Shown one piece after another: positions 56,701 to 64,000 of a stretch of 64,000 nt of DNA (positions are counted from its first letter, which is position 1; every line of letters begins with the position of its first letter). Both the position numbers and the translations under genes were made by a program. The notes under the pieces were generated by a model, which was not told the origin of the DNA, made no database searches, and saw nothing but the letters and a program-made list of their open reading frames with translations. The DNA is taken from contig NC_042998.1 in NCBI RefSeq assembly GCF_006345805.1, forward strand, positions 116,188,001 through 116,252,000. The letters run 5' to 3'. This DNA comes from Octopus sinensis (Eukaryota).

Positions 56701-58060
56701 TTATTGCTAAAATCAGTGAGATACACACACACACAGACACACACACACAAATACGCACATGCACGCACACAAACACACGCACACGCAGACATACACACAC
56801 ACACAAAGCAACATGCATGGGTAGGCATGTCTAAAAGCAAATATCGAGCTGGGACGACTGCTGTTCCTACTATCGTTATTATTCAAACCTTAAAGGATTT
56901 GAAATCATTTTCCTCGTCATTTTGCACTGTAACTGAACCTTCTTGGAATCAATAAATAACTTCTTGTGATTTGAGCAAGAAGTAAATTTCTGGTGAGCAG
57001 CTATCGCAATCAATTTACCGATTTTCTGCCGAAGCAGTTTCAGTTTTACTACTCTACTAACGAATAAAAATATAAGAAAGAAAGAAGTAAAATTCATGGC
57101 ATACTCTACCATTTATTTCTATACAGCACACTACAAAAGTTCCAAGTTGAAACAGTTGCAAAATTTTTTTATACTGAGAACTACCCCAAAATACATACAT
57201 CTTTTGAAAATTTCCGTGCTTAGTTTGCATCGGTTTTCTTCGCAATTTCAAGATTATGTGCACATACAGATATATCAACACATTCATCTGTGTATGCATC
57301 CATACATATGTATGTGTGTGTATCCTTATTTAACGTCCACGTTCCATGCTAGCATGAAATGGACGGTAATGAGAGAAAACGATGTGTCCAAGGAGCGTAT
57401 TGAGCTGCAATGTTTGTATTGCCGTGGTTTTTACGACTGGATGACATTCCTAAGACAGCCCCTTTATGGTGTACACTTTTTTCTTCTGCGCTATTGAAGT
57501 CGCCATACAGTCTGCAGGGATACGAGCCCTTGAGCAGATAGGGGATTATTTCTATGCTAGGAGACGAGGGAATTACTGAGATTGTGGAGCAAAATTTGTT
57601 CCTGTAGAGTGTGCTGCATCATTGCTCGCTTGTTGTATGGTAAAACAACAGTGGGCGATGATCAAATGATTGGGAACCGCTCGTGTAGGAGTTCTCATGT
57701 ACCTTCAGTAATGGCTTCGAGGACTATGATGAACTGGGGAGGACTGACGACTAAACCTTAATGACGTCCTACCTTCTCACTAAATTCAACGTTGAAATCA
57801 TTGACAACTATCACTTTATTTATAGCATTCTTATACATAGCTGGAAGCTCCCACACAAATCATTTTTCTACACCTAAAGTTTTCAGAGCTCAACAAATTA
57901 TTGAACGAGGTAACGCATCAAATGTTTCCTCCAAATCAACGAAAGCCAGGAATAGCAGCCTATCATTAGCCAAGTCTTTTGTATATACAGACATGTATCT
58001 CATTTGGTCACATTACATGAGAGTATCTGTGTGAGTCTACGAACTTTTCAGCTGTCCCTG

Positions 58061-58094
<34 letters not shown>

Positions 58095-58098
<4 letters not shown>

Positions 58099-58290
58099 GT
58101 ACATGACTCAGTGAATAGGGAGTTGCAGTCACGATCACGTGATCGTGGTTTCAATTCCTAGACCGTGTCATACGGTGTGGTCTTGAGCAAACCCTCACCT
58201 CATGTTGCACTGCGATCACTCCGACACCTGATGCGTGTTACACTGTGCACTTGTTCAGACAACGTTGATTTGATGGAGAGAGTGAACTAA
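58095..58290 (+). mobile_element. tRNA-derived SINE, further family
   Basis: gactcagtgaataggg A-box-like and ggtttcaattcct B-box-like, followed by cttgagcaa. Confidence 0.6.
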
Positions 58291-58338
58291 TGTACGACAA
58301 AGCCCAATGCTAATACGTCGTCTTCGACGAGAGAGTCT

Positions 58339-58402
<64 letters not shown>

Positions 58403-58419
58403 GAAGAGAGAGAGAGAGA

Positions 58420-60700
<2,281 letters not shown>

Positions 60701-63700
60701 ACCTTTAGATTCTTCCATAGGTCCAAATTCAAGCAAAATCAACACATACAACACTTGCCTCTATGCATCTACGGTCATTACAATATATGTACGTTTTTAC
60801 TTTCTTTTCTTCTCTATCAACATAAGTACCTCAGAAGCTGGCTATCTTTAATTCTTTAAATTTTAATTTTTTGAATTTTTAATATAATTTTTAACATTTA
60901 AGTTTTAAATTATAATTCCTTAATTTGGGTCCTTTATACATTTATTTCTAGTTTTATCCTATATATACCTCTTTAAGCTGGGTATCTATTTTTAGCCATT
61001 CCTACTAACCACTGACCACACCTAAACTAGATTTCATCTACATAAATACCTTCCTCCTCCATTTTACGAAAATCCTTAATACCTGAATTCTCTCCCCGAA
61101 ACGATACTTACGAAGATTTCTTTTTATTTTCTATTTTTGATTTTTTATTTTCTATTTTTGATTTTTGATTTTCCTTCACTTTCGCTCCCATTCATTCTTT
61201 CCCGTACCTATCCCATTCCTGTCCTTTCTCTCTTTTTCTCTCTTTCTTTTTCTTTACTCTCTTTGTCCTCGTCCATCTATCCATTCACTCACAACACACT
61301 TCTGTCTATCTTGATATCTTTCTTTCTCACTCTATAAACCCACGCGGACCCTTTACATACGAGCTAACCACTTCAACATAAACACATCATCCAAAATATT
61401 GCCAAAATATTTTACATGGAGTTATACCTAAGGGCCTATACCTTCACGGAAATACGGAACAACCTCCCTACCCACTCGAAAAGAATGAACTGGATGAAAA
61501 ACGGAAAAACTATACCGCTATTTACTGCCGTGTATATACTGTTCCCTATTCACAAATATTCTTGATTTAATAGACATCATTTATTTGAAAAACCTCACTT
61601 GAGAGGAAAATATCATTGGCATTGCGGTGTATTATGAAGTTAAATAACTCTACTAACTTTTAAACTTGTATTGAGTTCTGTACGCTTGGTTTTGTCTTTC
61701 ACTATGTTTGAAGACTAGTCATGTACTAACACACGTATACTCACTAGAACATGTACATAAGATGAAATTTGATTTAAATGATCGTTGCTCCGCAGGCTTT
61801 CGCATCATAGGATACTTCAAGCGACGACAGTAGATTTTTCCTTCTCGCTTCATGAAGTGTACATAGACAGAATCTTCACAGCCAGTGAATCATGAACTTC
61901 AAACGAATAAATTCTAATACATGTATTTAGTAATTCGTTTAACTCAGAAATGTGGTTTACCACAGACAGACCAAAGTTATACGATCACCGCAGGCAAAGT
62001 TGCAGATTTCTTTTCATACAATAGATGTATGTATAAAGTTGTCTGTGTGTGTGTGCGAAAGAAATCATGTGAAATTTGTAAAAGGATACAGTGTTCGATT
62101 CATTGGCGCTTAAGTTAATTGTCAGAGACAATTACATATACTCGGTATAGAATTAACAAAATCTTAGTAGAAAAGTGCAAAATCATCTCCATCACTATAG
62201 TTGCTGAAGTGTCCGCATATTTAAAACCGCATATATCGAATTTCGAAATGATTGGATACAAGAGACTAAAACGTCAATCCTTCACAAGATTGTAGACAGA
62301 CTGAAGCTAGATTTTGGAAGCAACAGCAACTACAAATAATCTCTTCAATCTAGAAGCAACGGGCTATACGTCACAGTCGATGATTCACATGAACAGAAGT
62401 CAAATAATGAACTCTGACATCTATTTGCCAAGCAGAATTTGACCTTCGACAATATTTGTTTGGATACTATCTGGTCTGTGTTCAAGTCAAGAAAATGAAG
62501 AAGGATTTAAAAATATCTCATGATTTGGTTTAAGTTACGCTGTATAGTAATAACAGCGTAACGCATAGCTGCTAAAGCCATTCTTTTCTACTTTTACTCA
62601 TTCATCAGTGCCAGTTATTGGACTGCGGAAGCGCTAGAGCACCACCTTCAAAGGTTTCTGATTAATAGTATTGAACCCAATAGATATTTCTTCTCACTAG
62701 GGAATATTGTATCGAATGACTATGTTACGGTTTAACATTAAAATGAAATGTGTTTGCACCGGTAAATCTAATCGCCTAAAGATTCGTTTTACATACACAC
62801 ACGGGCGTGGACACACATGCAGAGCATTAAGTTAATTTTAAATGCAGAAAAACTTCTGCTATTTCAATCAAATCATATGTCACATAATTGCAGTGTCTTT
62901 CATTGTAATAGATATGAGAGACAATATATAATTCAGAGATTTGTAGTAGTGTCTAAATAAATCTGAGAAGTATTTCTAATATTAGAGTGTTTAAGGATGT
63001 ATATGAGGTGGGCACTGTAGTTAAAGGACTCAGGACAAAAATGAAAATGTTAATCTTTATAAAACATTATGCATATAGAGATAACTGACAGCAGATCATT
63101 GATAAGGTGAAGAAAGTTAAGAAAATGACGGAAATTGAATTTCAATATACACTAAAGACTAGGAAATGTTTTCTGGTCTTATAAATTATCCAGATGGTTA
63201 TATATGTGATGCTGCTTCTGAATTATATATGGAAACAAGGAACAATGAAGAACACGATATGCAATATTTAGAAGTATATGTAATGTTTAGAAGTATATGT
63301 AATTTTTAGAATAATGTATTTGTTGTTGTTTACTGATAACATTATAGCTGATGCAGAATAAACTAAATACTCATTTTCATGTTATTAAATAATTTCTAAA
63401 TATACTTCAGTGATATTATAAGTTTAGCATAGTACAGCGATCAAATTCCGGTAAATAGGATGAGAATTGATATGTGTAATTATTTATAAATACAAAGCTA
63501 AACAAATGTACCATAAAACATGTAGTTCAACCGTGGAACAGAAGAAGTGCATTTGAAATTTGGCTATACTTCATCTTACAGTACTTAAGATGGTAATAAA
63601 CGCGTAAATGGATATAAAGTAATGATAAACATTCTTAAATGTCAAGTGGGTATAATGATTCATGAAAAGGTGTCTGTCTGTTTGTCTGTCTGTCTGTTTT

Positions 63701-64000
63701 ATCTGCCTGTCAGTCTATGTGTCTACCTGAGTCTGTGTATGTTTCTTTTCTCTCTCTCCTCTCTTTCTCTTTCTCTCTCTCTATATATATAGTGCCCCAG
63801 CATGGCCTCTGCCTCAGGACTGAAACATATAGACGAATAAAAGAATATCACTGTCACCATTTAAATATGACATACTAGTGTACAATCCATGATACAAATT
63901 TGATGCCCACCTTATGTCACGTGCATAAGAGCATTATATATATATATATATATATACATATATACATACACACACACACAAATATATATATATATACAAA

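Noticed and set aside
57792-58034. ORF with signal-like start and AQQIIERG
   Set aside because: Not followed by the GV.AI.GP motif expected next, and splice phases are not clearly compatible.
63585-63650. Minus-strand YHYF motif like GluK EYYHYIFTTL
   Set aside because: No phase-0 donor after the expected Leu and no GMM motif upstream.

Overview
AT-rich, microsatellite-laden eukaryotic DNA; the repeat families look cephalopod (Octopus-like), which is my inference from recognising them. Two GT-AG exons of a kainate-type ionotropic glutamate receptor (N-terminal domain) lie on the minus strand at 24800-24967 and 2898-3050, separated by a 21.7-kb intron. No further upstream exon was found in 25-64 kb. 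Two weaker candidate exons resembling the start of an iGluR N-terminal domain lie on the opposite strand at 34.2 and 36.0 kb. The rest is decayed mobile DNA: Penelope-like elements (PLEs), CR1/L2-type and REL-type LINEs, a full-length dead mariner and a mariner MITE, a non-autonomous Helitron, several tRNA-derived SINE families and a SINE-derived tandem array. The most striking signal is three sequence-unrelated short elements at 28.5-29.4, 47.9-48.6 and 48.9-49.2 kb. Each has a fold-back (inverted) architecture, sits next to (TA)n, and carries type I hammerhead ribozyme motifs. Two have tandem monomers of 486 and 352 nt, and in one the inversion breakpoint falls at the predicted self-cleavage site, so they look like retrozyme-like elements. 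All structures were read by eye; nothing was computed or searched.
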